Source of the DNA: the human T2T-CHM13v2.0 reference genome, Homo sapiens
Length of the DNA: 64,000 bases
Direction: 5' to 3' (one strand)
Assembly (NCBI RefSeq): GCF_009914755.1
Contig: NC_060932.1
Positions 1 to 12,120 of the stretch are shown piece after piece (the first letter of the stretch is position 1; every line of letters begins with the position of its first letter). Both the position numbers and the translations under genes were made by a program. The notes below the pieces were generated by a model. The model saw only the letters and a list, made by a program, of their open reading frames with translations, made no database searches and had not been told where the DNA came from.

Positions 1-1723
1 GCCACAAAGAGCCCTGGGGAGCTTATCAGATAATGGAATCCTCTGCCTCTAGGCAGGGCTGCAGCAAAAGCCGCTTGAACCCAACCTACTTAGGGATAGA
101 TTAAAAATGCCATCCAGGGACATTGTCTACTTGACATCAATCACTGATGTGTTTAAAAAATTCACTCTTCCATGTTTTTTTCATCTCACATAGACTTCTT
201 TTTTCTATGCAGCACCTTTGCCCAATTATTCCAGTGGCTTAAATGTCAAGACATTTAGATTCATTGCAACTCTGACATAAAAATTCTGCTAAAGAGAAAT
301 TCTTGTTAAAGTTATTAAGGTAAAGTTCATTTTCCCAGCTCTTCAAATATCCAGATGTTTGGCATCATGTAAGAGAGAAACATCAAAATAATTGCCTACA
401 TTTTCCCTAAATAACACATCCCTTATCTAACCCACTTAAAGAAAGATCATCTATCAAAATCTGAGATCAAACATTTCAAGCTATCTCAGAATCTGGGGTC
501 AGAATGACTCCTTCCATAGGGAGAAGGAACATGTATTTATTGACAGCAGGTGCTGGCCAAGTAATTCCTCCCATTCAAAATTTTATAAAACATTAAGCAG
601 CTATTTTTTAACAAATGGAGAGTACAACAAAAGAGAAGAAATGATAGACTATGTTTTTACATTAAACAATTTGATATTGTCTCAAAATTATCAATCAGCA
701 TGAATTATTTTTATAATTTAATTTTTAAAGTAAAAATATAATCACAAAAAACAGCCTTCTTTAGGCATATGCATTAGCTATGACTGTCATCAAAGACAAC
801 CATTGGCTTTGTCATCCTTTCAGATCACGGGCAGTGGGTGTCCCTTGGGACTTTTTGAGGTGCTAACACTGGAGAAGAAAAGCACACAGCTGGGAGGCTC
901 TGGGAAGCAGTGAGTTCAGAAGTCAAATCAGAAAACTCAAGTCCAGAGATTAAAGATTGTATGTATCAGACTACCTCTCCAATTCACTGGAAAGAAAATA
1001 ACCAGGAGTAGGACATCGGACCTGCTCTGCCTTCTCATGTCCTTAGCACTATCATTCAGTCCCATTCTGTTCTTGAACTCATCTCACTCAGGACAAGACA
1101 ATTTTAGGAGTATCCGCTTGTGGGTCTGAAATGTCTGATGCTGCCATTAGCTTATGTGAATTGAGCTTGGAGAAGTCTTGTATTCCCATCCACTCACGGC
1201 GCCACAATCTTCTCCTCACATCCGTTCCTTCATTAACTTATCTTCTTCCTTACTTCCTGTTTGTTTAGCATATTCTTATTCTGAAAGTCCATTGACTTAA
1301 CCCAGATCTTGATAACATACTCACACATTGAATGTGAAATCTCATTCAACCCTTTTATGGAAGATGAATTTCCCTGTGAGATGGTTTTGGTGCTAGATTG
1401 AGCTAAGGAGAGCTTTTCAACTATCACTAGCACAGCTTAATTTTGTCTGTGTTTTCAGAGACTTCTACATCTTTATAATCAGTTTTAGGCAAGTGGAAAT
1501 TTTAAATAGAAACAAATGATTTTATACAACTCACCACTTGATACTTAACCATGACTCACTCAAGGTCAGCCATGGCTTCAGGTTCTACCTCCAGGTCTCT
1601 GCCTCTAACTGAGAAAGACTTTTTGGTTGGTAGAAGCTGGAAGGAGTCATTCTTTCCTCCCAACCACCAATTCACTCAAGTGTGACTTTCAGCAATTAAT
1701 TATCCCCAGCTTTACTTCCTATC

Positions 1724-1806
1724 TAGGATGACCAACAGTCCTGATGTATCCATAGCTGGCAGGTTTCCTGGAATATAGAACTCATAACTAAAACAGGGAT
1801 AGGCCC
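1724..1806. mobile_element. MER81-like hAT-Blackjack DNA transposon fragment
   Basis: Begins TAGGATGACCAAC, resembling the TAGGGTGACCAAC terminus; body degenerate. Confidence 0.45.
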
Positions 1807-2146
1807 TTTTCTGTGTCATCTCAGCTGTGGTTCTGAAAATTACCTCTGACACATTCTTACTACAAAATTGGCCAGATATATTCCAATAATTAACTTTGCC
1901 AGGTGAATGTAGCCAGACTCTGAAATATCAGGCGCCATTTCTGAATTGGTCCCTGCAGATTTCATAGTTAGTTCGAATTAAATAGAAAGCAAAATTTCTT
2001 TTGTTTTGATTTGTTTTCTCATGTTTTTAGCATTTAAAAAGTTATCTGTAATAGTAAGCCAATGTTTTAATTGCTTTTCTTAATTACCAATGAGGATAAG
2101 GTGTTTCTGTGTTTGAATAGAAGCCTTCTAAACAGAAGTTGAGTTT

Positions 2147-2591
2147 CAGTAGTAGATACTGGGGTGCACATCCCAGAAACCCCCTTTAGGATGAAGGCAC
2201 TCATTCCCCCACCCTCTGGGAGTATTGGCTATTGATGGTTTACAGCTAAGTCCATCCCCAGGAATTGACCTAGACCACAGAAATATGTCTCACTCATCAT
2301 TACACCTCCTCCACAGAGGCAACACACATTTAAGAACTGTTTAATGCAGAAATACAAAGGCCTAGCCTCCTTGCTTCAGTTGAGGTCAACTCTGAAGGGC
2401 CATTTATGGTCCAGAGCTCCCAGTAGTATCAGCTGATGCCACTGTTGTAACCGCATCATAATTCAACCTATTTACTTTGTCCTTTTCTCTAGTTTTTTTT
2501 TTTAATAGGTGTTGAGCTCCAGAGCATCCTGTAATAAAATTTCTGATAATTCTCCATCTCAGACTCTTCCAGTGAATCTCAATTGAAGACA
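2147..2591 (+). mobile_element. LTR16-family (LTR16C-like) ERVL solo LTR
   Basis: Motifs such as GGTCAACTCTGAAGGGCCAT and CCAGAGCTCCC, AATAAA at ~2533, and a ...GAAGACA end. Confidence 0.65.
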
Positions 2592-2862
2592 GTTTCCTAA
2601 CACATCTTCAGATTCTATTTATGTAGTTGTAAGTGGTGGTCAGCTGCCTAGGGGGCATTTTAAAGATTATAAACACTTCTATCAACTTTACTTGATTGAC
2701 TTCCCATGGACATCATGAGAAGTAGATATAGCAAGTCCACGACATTTGCAAAACCTAACACAAATTACACATTTGCAGATTGGTATATTAGAATTAAGAA
2801 AAAATTGATGTACTTTGGTGAGAAGATAAAAGTCCATCACCAGAATTATAAATAATTGTATA

Positions 2863-3312
<450 letters not shown>

Positions 3313-4071
3313 GTTATAAGAGGTTCTCCTCATTTTACAGATTAGTAAGTATGAGTATCCTATTTACTATGAGGAGATGGATAAATATGGAAAAAAGTAC
3401 ATACCAACAGCCAAATCACAATATATTGCTAAGGAACACTGTTTTCCTTTCTATGAACATCAGCAAATGGAGAAGGCAGAGTAGAATAAACTCAAAATCT
3501 ATTTAAAGTGAAGATTTCCAGATACACATTGAGTCTTGGTTTTGGAGTCCCTTGCATGCCACTGATATTTCTTATTATTAACTCATGTTTTACCATTGCT
3601 TCTCTGGCAGAGAATCCTATCAATTGCCTGTGACTTTAATAACAGTACTGGAAACTGGAAAGCTTTTGTTTCTAGAGCAAGTACACAATTTGAAAGCTAT
3701 TAGTGTGTCATCAATATACTACAACTTGTGAAGCTGTTCTTAGAAGTTCTCGCAGACACTAAATTCTTCCATGGAATTAGCTGTTGATTCTCTTGACTTT
3801 ACAATGATTGAGCCCTTCATGAAGTTATATATAGAAATCAAAGAGAGGAAAATTTTATATCACTGAGGGGAAAAAGGGGATCACGTAAAACAATGTCACT
3901 CTGCAAAAGTGAGTACAGATGACTGTGCAATATATGAGACCAGATAGACGAAAAGATGGCAGCTGTAAAATAAAAATCCAGCCTAGCTCTAATGTCTTAC
4001 AGAGCTTATTTTGGCAAGTTGTAATAAAAATCTTCCATTCACCCAGCCCTTACAAGGTTTTAAAGAGAAAG

Positions 4072-4118
4072 TAAAAAATAAAATAAAATAAAATAAAATA
4101 AAATAAAATAAAATAAAA
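4072..4118 (+). repeat. (TAAAA)n pentanucleotide microsatellite
   Basis: Directly visible tandem repeat of about 9 units. Confidence 0.95.
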
Positions 4119-5264
4119 GGATCATTTCCTGCACATTGACTCAATTAATTCCCCTCATTTGACTACCTGATTGTTTCTTAAAAGTTGTAAAAATAAATTT
4201 ATCATAAGATTCTGAGCTTTTCTGGCAAGGTCACCAGCTGAACTGGAAGAGGAAAAACAGTGCTGAAGAAGAGATAAATCAGCCCACAAAAATGTCTTCA
4301 GTTGCCTCTACCTGTCAACTCAATGCCCACAGAGAGTGATGAGACAGAGTTATGTTCACCACAGTAAAGCATCAAGAAGCATTGGACACATGAATTCCAT
4401 TGAAAGAGCATTGAGAGAGAGAGAAAAAAGGAAGCTAATTTTTTGGACTCTTAAAGGGACTCCAATAAAATAAATGGTATGGGATGGGGAGATGTATAAA
4501 GAGTTTGGAGAATGCAATTTACTCAAGGAGGTCAAACTCAAAAATGTTTGTCAGCTGTGACAGAAGGAAGCTGTGAGGTTCTAGCTGAAGCCGACCCCAG
4601 TCGTGCCCAGAATACAATATTATATTATAATTTCAAAAAGGCCACTATCCCTTTTTCCTAGAAAATTGAACCCAAATAATGGTACTACACATAGTGGGGC
4701 AACATCCTATAAGAGAAACACCCTAAAGGATGCAGATACCTGACTTTGTAATAATTACTGTGAGAGAGGAAGAAGACACAACCTGGAGGTGTTTGAGTCT
4801 CCTGGAGGAAGGAGCCCTTGGTTTCAGTGAGCAATGAAGTATAGGAGGAAGCTTTTGCAAAACTTAATCTGGAATTCTTACATCTAAATGTACATTTTCC
4901 ACTAAATAGCAATGTAGGAATTTGGGGAACCATAGAAAGAAAGAAACTGGGCATATAATGGTGCACCCTTTAGGAAATTGGAGAAAGTGTTAGTAAGCGC
5001 TGCTATCCAGCGAGACTCATGTGTCCATTCAAGTTCACGCAGCGACAGCTTAAAGGATAAGTTCCTCTGAGCCTGTCCACAGCCACAGAACCCACACACT
5101 CTGCAGCAGGAGGAAAAGAAGCTTAAAGTTTGGCAATCATTAAGGCTAGTTCCTGGTGCAGAGTTTAGTAGTCTTTTCAGAAGACTCACAAGAATCTAAA
5201 ATGGCTTTTGTTTTCTGAATAGGGTTTAATTTTATTCTAGATAAAATGCACAATTCAACGGAAA

Positions 5265-5510
5265 TAGCACTTGACTTTGGGTTAGGAAACTGAGGTATGA
5301 GTCTAATCCCACCATTCACTTGTTGAACTAAGTGCTTTATGCACGTGATCTCATTTAATTCTATAAAGTAGCATTATCTTCGTTATTTGACACATGAGGA
5401 AGCTGAGGCACAGAAAGTTTATACAATCTGCCAAAAGCCCCATCAATAATAAGGGGAGTGCCAGGATTGAACCCAGGTGTGTCTGACCTCCAAGCCATCT
5501 TCTTATCATA
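5265..5510. mobile_element. MIR SINE fragments
   Basis: MIR core motifs: ATGAGGAAGCTGAGGCACAGAAAG, GGATTGAACCCAGGTGTGTCTGAC. Confidence 0.75.
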
Positions 5511-6109
5511 CAGGTGTAAGGAGCAGCAGACATGAAAGAGTAGTCAGCCATCATCCAATTGTTAGATAGGATCATTAATATCAACAATTGCAGTAAATAA
5601 AAATAATATTCCATTCAAAATAAGTATAGAAGAATAAAATGCCTAACATTTAGTAGTACATTGGATAGGCTCTAGGCTTGATACATGTATGCATTATTTA
5701 TAATACTCGTGATCTGCCTGATTCTTTATTACAGCTTATTAATACTGAATCTCTGTGATACTCTGGAGTATAAAGAAAGAGAAAGGTCATGGCACCTACC
5801 CGTTTTGACCATGGCTCATTTTTTAGTGGCAACAAAGGAATCCAGTCATCATACTTGAGAAATGATGCTATACGAAGTGGCAAACTGTTGTCACACTCTA
5901 GGAAAAAAGGCTTTATTCCGTTAAAGCCCTGTGTTCTCCAGATTGAGAACTTTCTATTTTCATAATCCAGAAAATAGAAAGTCTTGAATTCCAAAAGATG
6001 AGACCAAGTGCTATGCTAACATTTTCATTTGAATAAATAATAACCAAAATGCTTTTTTAAGATTTTTTTTATTTAAAAAATAAAAGATTTCTAAAGAAAG
6101 GACATAGGA

Positions 6110-7165
6110 GATTAACTCTGCAACCCTGAGGTAAAACATTTCATGGAAAAGACCCCAAAAGCACTAACCATAATATGTATATGTATACACACACACATAC
6201 ACATATTGTACATCATAAAAATTAAAAATTATTTTTAAAAAAGACACAATAAAGAAAATGAATAAGCAAGCCATAGACTAGGAGAAAATATGAGGAATAC
6301 ATATATGTCACAAAAGGCTTGTAACTAAAATATATACAGGACTTCTACAACTCAATAATAAAAAAGAAAAACAATCCAATAAAAATAAACAAAATATTTA
6401 ATAGACACTGCATAAAGAAATACAAATGGTCAAAACATTATATGAAAAAGTGATCAATATCAGTCATGAGGAGACTACAAATAAAAAGCAAAATGCGTTA
6501 CTACTACAGATTCACTAGAATTGTGAAAAAAAATTTTAAATACCCTGACAATAGTAAGTGTTGGCAGGGGTATGACAAAACCAGAATTCTCATATGCTTT
6601 TGGTGGAGTGCAATTGGTATAACCAGTTTGCAAAATGGTTTGGTAGCTTCTTATGAACCTATGTATTTACCCAACACAAATAAAAATATATTTTGACATT
6701 ATTTTGAAATGTTTGTAGCAACTTTATTATTAGTAGACAGAACTGGAAACAACCATAATGATTATGTATCAGAGAATGGGTAAAAAAAAAAAAACAGAAC
6801 TAGTACATTGATATAATAGAATATTATGCAGCAATTAAAGGGAATAAACTACTGATACATGAGACAACATGAATGAATATGAATGAATCTTAAAAACACT
6901 ATGCTAAGTAAAATCCCCAGACACGCAGTGTACATACTGTATGTTTCCATATATAGAGATATCTAAAAGAAAAATATGAATTTATGGTAATAGAAATTAG
7001 AGCAATGCTTATCTCTGGTGGGAAGGCAACTGACAAAAGTGGAACCTGAGAAAGTTTCTACAGTGATATAGATGTTTTTTCATCTTGATAGGTGTGTTGG
7101 TTACATGCATTCATTTGTCAAAACTGAACAGACAGTTCTATTAAGATCTGTGCATTTCACTGTAT
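6110..7165 (+). mobile_element. Old LINE-1 (L1ME-like) 3' end of ORF2 plus 3'UTR
   Basis: Degenerate ORF2 C-terminus in ORF 6466-6696 (QIKSKMRYY...DNSKCWQG) followed by an L1M-type 3'UTR. Confidence 0.85.
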
Positions 7166-7944
7166 GCAATGTAAGAGAGTAATGATAAGGTACATGGACA
7201 TAGTGATATAAATTAAGTGGATTTTGAAGAAGTAGAATTTTTGATCACTTCTGAGGAGTTAGTACTTTTATGATGAATTCTCATGTCCCAATTTGACAGA
7301 GGAAATGAGTCTAACACCAAACTGATTATGTTGGAGGATGAGACATGCCTTTGAAGTAATTATGAATTTCCCAGACAGATGAGGGGAAGGGTTTAAAAGG
7401 AAATGAAGTACCAGTTTTGGAATCCTCATCTGCTCCCCACTTGGTGTCCCCCAGAAGCATAACAGGGGACTTGGCAACAGACTCGCACACAAATGGGAGG
7501 AAACCCCTGCAAATGCTCTCAGCTCTACACACATGACTCCTACGATAACCCACAACCTCATCAGCCAAGTTTCACCCTTAAAAGCCTTCTTTTTTGCAAT
7601 CTCTCCTATACGGTATGATTCATGATGTCCTCAGTCTATGACTCTAGTCTTCATAATGACTGTATCAACTCCATGACTGTGGGTTATTGCCTAATGGGCC
7701 AGATTCTCATGCTGTATCATAACTCTTGGGGAATCCAAGATGGAACAGAGCCCATGTTAGCAGGCTGATCACTGCAAATCTTCATCCAAATGCGTATGTA
7801 AATTTCAGAGCCCCCACAGAATGTGGGTGGCCAGAAATACATTTCTCTGTGGCTACTACGCCTACTGACTGCATAATTTCCTATTAAAAGTTATTTCCCT
7901 ATTGACCCTGAATTGGACAGACCTACAATAAACTAAACTACTGT

Positions 7945-7981
7945 AAATAAGTGTAGTTGAAAAAAAAAATAAGTGTAGTTG
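7945..7981 (+). mobile_element. Solo poly(A) insertion flanked by a 15-bp target-site duplication
   Basis: AAATAAGTGTAGTTG (7945-7959), A7, AAATAAGTGTAGTTG (7967-7981). Confidence 0.7.
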
Positions 7982-8631
7982 GTCTTGCCTACTGAAGACA
8001 TGTTGTTGGTGGTTTCTATAGAAATTCTATAACATAGGATAGGGGCTACTTGCCAACTCTAATCCATTGGCTATAGCTTTCTGGGTTGCATTACGCCCAG
8101 GTTTAGAATAAAGGAGATTAGTTCACAGTGATTTCCATGAGGTGAAGTGCTGAAGAGAATAACAGTACATCATGCTACCAATTTGCCATCTCTGGTACTG
8201 TTAAGAGAGATAGGAACTGGCTATGAAAAGACTTGAGCTTTGGTCCGTATGTGAAAATACTGCATCATTGTGGTTCTGACTTATTCTCAGAAATAACAGA
8301 GGTAAACTCATTAAGAGTTGATCTCTAAACACCACTCCACTTATATTATTCTTTGAATCATCAAATCTGCACCACTTTCCTCCTAGGTAGGCTCATGTCT
8401 TCCTGCTTTTTCACCCATCCCATAATACTCTTTAAAAAAGTACAGAAGAATATACACAAAGAATCAAAACAAAAACAAACTGTTTTTTCTTATCAATTGC
8501 CACCTTTTAAAATTCTCTCCATTTAAAAGCAATATATTTGGGTGAAAAATTTGGCTATTTTTTAAATCAATTATTTCTCTGACCCACCAGGGATTGTAGG
8601 CTGTAAACTAATACTATCATGCAGAATTTTT

Positions 8632-8906
8632 GGCCAGGTGCAGTGACTCGCACCTGTAACCCCAGCACTTTGGGAGGCCGAAGCAGGAGGATTGCTTGAG
8701 CCCAGGAATTCAAGACCAGTCTGGACAACATAGCAAGACCCCACCTCAACAAAAATAAAAAAATTAACTGGGAATGGTGGTGCACATCTATAATCCCAGC
8801 TACTTGGGAGGCTGAAGGAGGAGGATCGCTTGACCCTAGGAGGTAGAGGTTTCATGTCGCTGCACTCCAGCCTGGGTAACAGAGTGAGACTTTGTATCAA
8901 AAAAAT
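8632..8906 (+). mobile_element. AluJ with a small right-arm deletion
   Basis: J-type diagnostics (GAGCCCAGGAATTCAAGACC); right arm shortened near 8850. Confidence 0.92.
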
Positions 8907-8989
8907 ATTTTCACTATTCTATTGTGTTTCCTGAAGGAGCATACTATGAATATTTTCTCCATGATAATATTGTCATATGCTTTCCAGTT

Positions 8990-9170
8990 TGCAAACGATT
9001 TTATTTTCATTCTTTTATTTGAATCACACAAATCTATAAAGTTGGTGGTAGGTTATTATTACCTCATTCTACGGGTGAATAAAGATTGGGAAAATGAAGC
9101 AACTTGCACTGAACCAGCAAATGGAAGTACTGGAATTGAAATACACATATCCTGGCTAATCTAATATTCT
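8990..9170 (-). mobile_element. MIR fragment
   Basis: GGTAGGTTATTATTACCTCATTCTAC and GGAATTGAAA...CCTGGCT MIR-like motifs. Confidence 0.55.
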
Positions 9171-9350
9171 CTGATGTTGGAGAATAGGATTTCAATTCTA
9201 CTTTCAAAGCCAATGGTCTTTCTACCTCTTGAACTGTACTAATTGGTTTACAGCCTAAAACCACTGGCCATATATCTGGAGTGATCAGAGGCTAAGGAAC
9301 CATTTCCCTGGGTAGGGATATGATTGAGGAAATTCAAGCACTGAAAGCTC

Positions 9351-9661
9351 TTTTTTTTTTTTTTTTTTTTTTTGAGACAGGGTCTCACTGTGCCACCCCC
9401 AGGCTGAAGTACAGTGGCACAATCTTGGCTTACCGCAGCCTCGACCTCCTGCGCTCAAGAGATCCTTCCACCTCAGCTTCCCAAGTAGCTGAGACTACAG
9501 GTGTGTGTCACCACACCTGGCTAATTTTCTGTTTATCTTTTATAGGGAGGAAGTCTCACTATGTTGCCCAGGCTGGTCTGGAATTCCCAGGCTCAAGAAA
9601 TCCTCTTACTTTGGCCTCCCAAAGTGCTGGGATTTATAGGTGTGAGCCACTGCACTTAGCC
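9351..9661 (-). mobile_element. AluJ, full length
   Basis: Poly(T) followed by GAGACAGGGTCTCAC; J-type CAGCCTCGACCTCCTGCGCTCAAG. Confidence 0.95.
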
Positions 9662-11051
9662 AGAAAAGATCACTTTTAAGGTTTATTCAAGGCCTAAAGC
9701 ATTAGGATCAGCTGAATGACAAAAATAAATATGTTTTCTTTCCATTGTGTCCAAGTGATTTTTTAAAAAGTTTTTGCAGCCCTTCATTTTTGTTCTTTCT
9801 TTCACAGCATTTGTTTGATTTTCATACAAGGCAGGTAAAGAAAAGATTAGGGATTCACATATGAAAAAGCTTGGATTGCCACAGCAAAGTGCTTGCATTG
9901 ACCATTCATGGGAAACAGTTCCCCAAACAAATAAGGAAGATTTTGAAAACTTGGTTTCACCAGCTATTGTTCGCTGCCACCATCTGCATTGGGGCCCTAC
10001 TCTCCTGGGTGCAGAAGCAATAGATTCATAGAAGAAATATTTTTGTTTATATAACTAAAGGATAGAGGGACATCATTTAAAATTAGTTATCAGCACAAGA
10101 ATACACAGGAGAAAAAAAGAGTCAATATTAGAACAATATCCAATCTTTTATTAGTATTTTCTAAATACTAGGCCATGACATTTCCCTGGACAAAGGTTCC
10201 ATCACTATTAAGAGGATGGCTGGGACATAAAAATATATTTAATGACTATTGCAAATCTGTGTTTGTGTGTATGTTCACAGGTATGGATATGTCTATGCAT
10301 GTGTGTATTTTGATACTTTTTAAATTTTCTGCCCACACAAATAAGTTATCAAATGGAAGCATTAATTATTTTGAAGAGATACAAATCAACTCTAAATAAG
10401 CTGCCATTCTTCAAATGTTGGCTATGATGACAAAAATAACAGTTAAGACTGGAAATATTAAATCTGAAAAAAATTATAAACCTAGGTATGTGCTTTCAAA
10501 GAGAGGAGTCACTCTGGCTGGAAAGAGAAGAAACAATCTCTTCCAGAAAAATATAAGAATGAAAAGACAGGAAGTCCACAAAAACTATTTTATAAGACCA
10601 ATGGAATAAGACCAAATGTGTTAAGATCAATTACCATTCAGCTATATTGTAGGAGGAGGTAAGCAGACATTCAGGTGCAAAAATCATCAATTCTTCATTA
10701 TTTTTATTTCCCCCAAGTATAAATGAAGTCAATGTCTACACAACCTCTGAACTTAAACTGACTTCAGTTTTGTCATGGTAATAGGTATTGTCATCATACA
10801 TGCCAGCTTTCATAGACAAACCCAAGCTTAAATATTATGTCGCACTGAAGGAACTAATATAGAAATATCAGTATCTCAGCAAAATGTAGCTGATCAAGTT
10901 AATGCAGCAAACCTTTAAATGAAAATAAACTTAAATCAGAAAAAAATGAGAGCTACAAAAAATGGAGATGCAAAAAATTAATTTCCATTATTCATGGAAA
11001 TGTTTTCACAATGCACACACAAACACACATACACAAAATAGCTATATTCTA

Positions 11052-11379
<328 letters not shown>

Positions 11380-11969
11380 CTAAGTTCTGTTAAGTATAAA
11401 CATCCTCACAATTCTAACTTCAATTAAGGTCTTAAAATGACATTATAATACTAGTGAATTTTTAATGGTGCTATTGTATTCAGCTCCAATTTGAAATTAT
11501 TTTAAATACAGTTTAGATTATTTTACTAGAAACTTCCATTTTATACTCTGGATGAGTATAAAAACCAAGAAAAGGAGTGTGTTGTCAGTAAGGCTTTTCA
11601 AATGCACTATCCTTCTTCAAAGAAACATGGAAATCCTTAGGGAACATTTTTGTACTTAATGTTGCAGTGGAATGAACATTGCTCAGTGTGGGAAAAATGT
11701 TATAGCTCGTAATCACAGACACGTAGTTATCTGACAGCTCTATAGCATCCAGAAGTCCCAGAAAAAAAATCATTTCTAAAAGACTTTTTAATAGAGTCTA
11801 AAGTAAATAAGACATTATTTGAATATATTATTTTAAAACTTAGTAAGTTTGATATTTTTTATTGCATCTTGATAGAAAAAGTGACTGAGAGGAGATGAGC
11901 CTAGAAAGGTAGTTAGAGCCATAGAATAGAAGATTATAAATACCATATAAGGAAATATGTACAAAATTC

Positions 11970-12120
11970 TTTCATTTACGTATCAGCAAAGATTTATTGA
12001 GAACGTACTACGTGGGAGGCACTATGCTAGGGTGCTGGGAATATAGTGATAGACATGTTCTATCACTATATGAACAGGAAATGTTCATTTCCTGCCCTCA
12101 TGAAACTTACATTCCAGTAA
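11970..12120 (-). mobile_element. L2 3' end fragment
   Basis: TTTATTGAGAACGTACTACGTG...GGCACTATGCTAGGGTGCTGGGA...CCTGCCCTCATGAAACTTACATTC, typical of an L2 tail. Confidence 0.75.

Noticed and set aside
1319-1376. Minus-strand 49-nt exon candidate with a GTGAGT donor
   Set aside because: The acceptor lacks a polypyrimidine tract.
2641-2660. CTCF-like AGGGGGCA
   Set aside because: The 5' half does not match the CTCF core.
8365-8392. Second AG|GT juxtaposition (CCTAG|GTAGGC)
   Set aside because: Weaker donor than the 22626 site; such motifs are common by chance.
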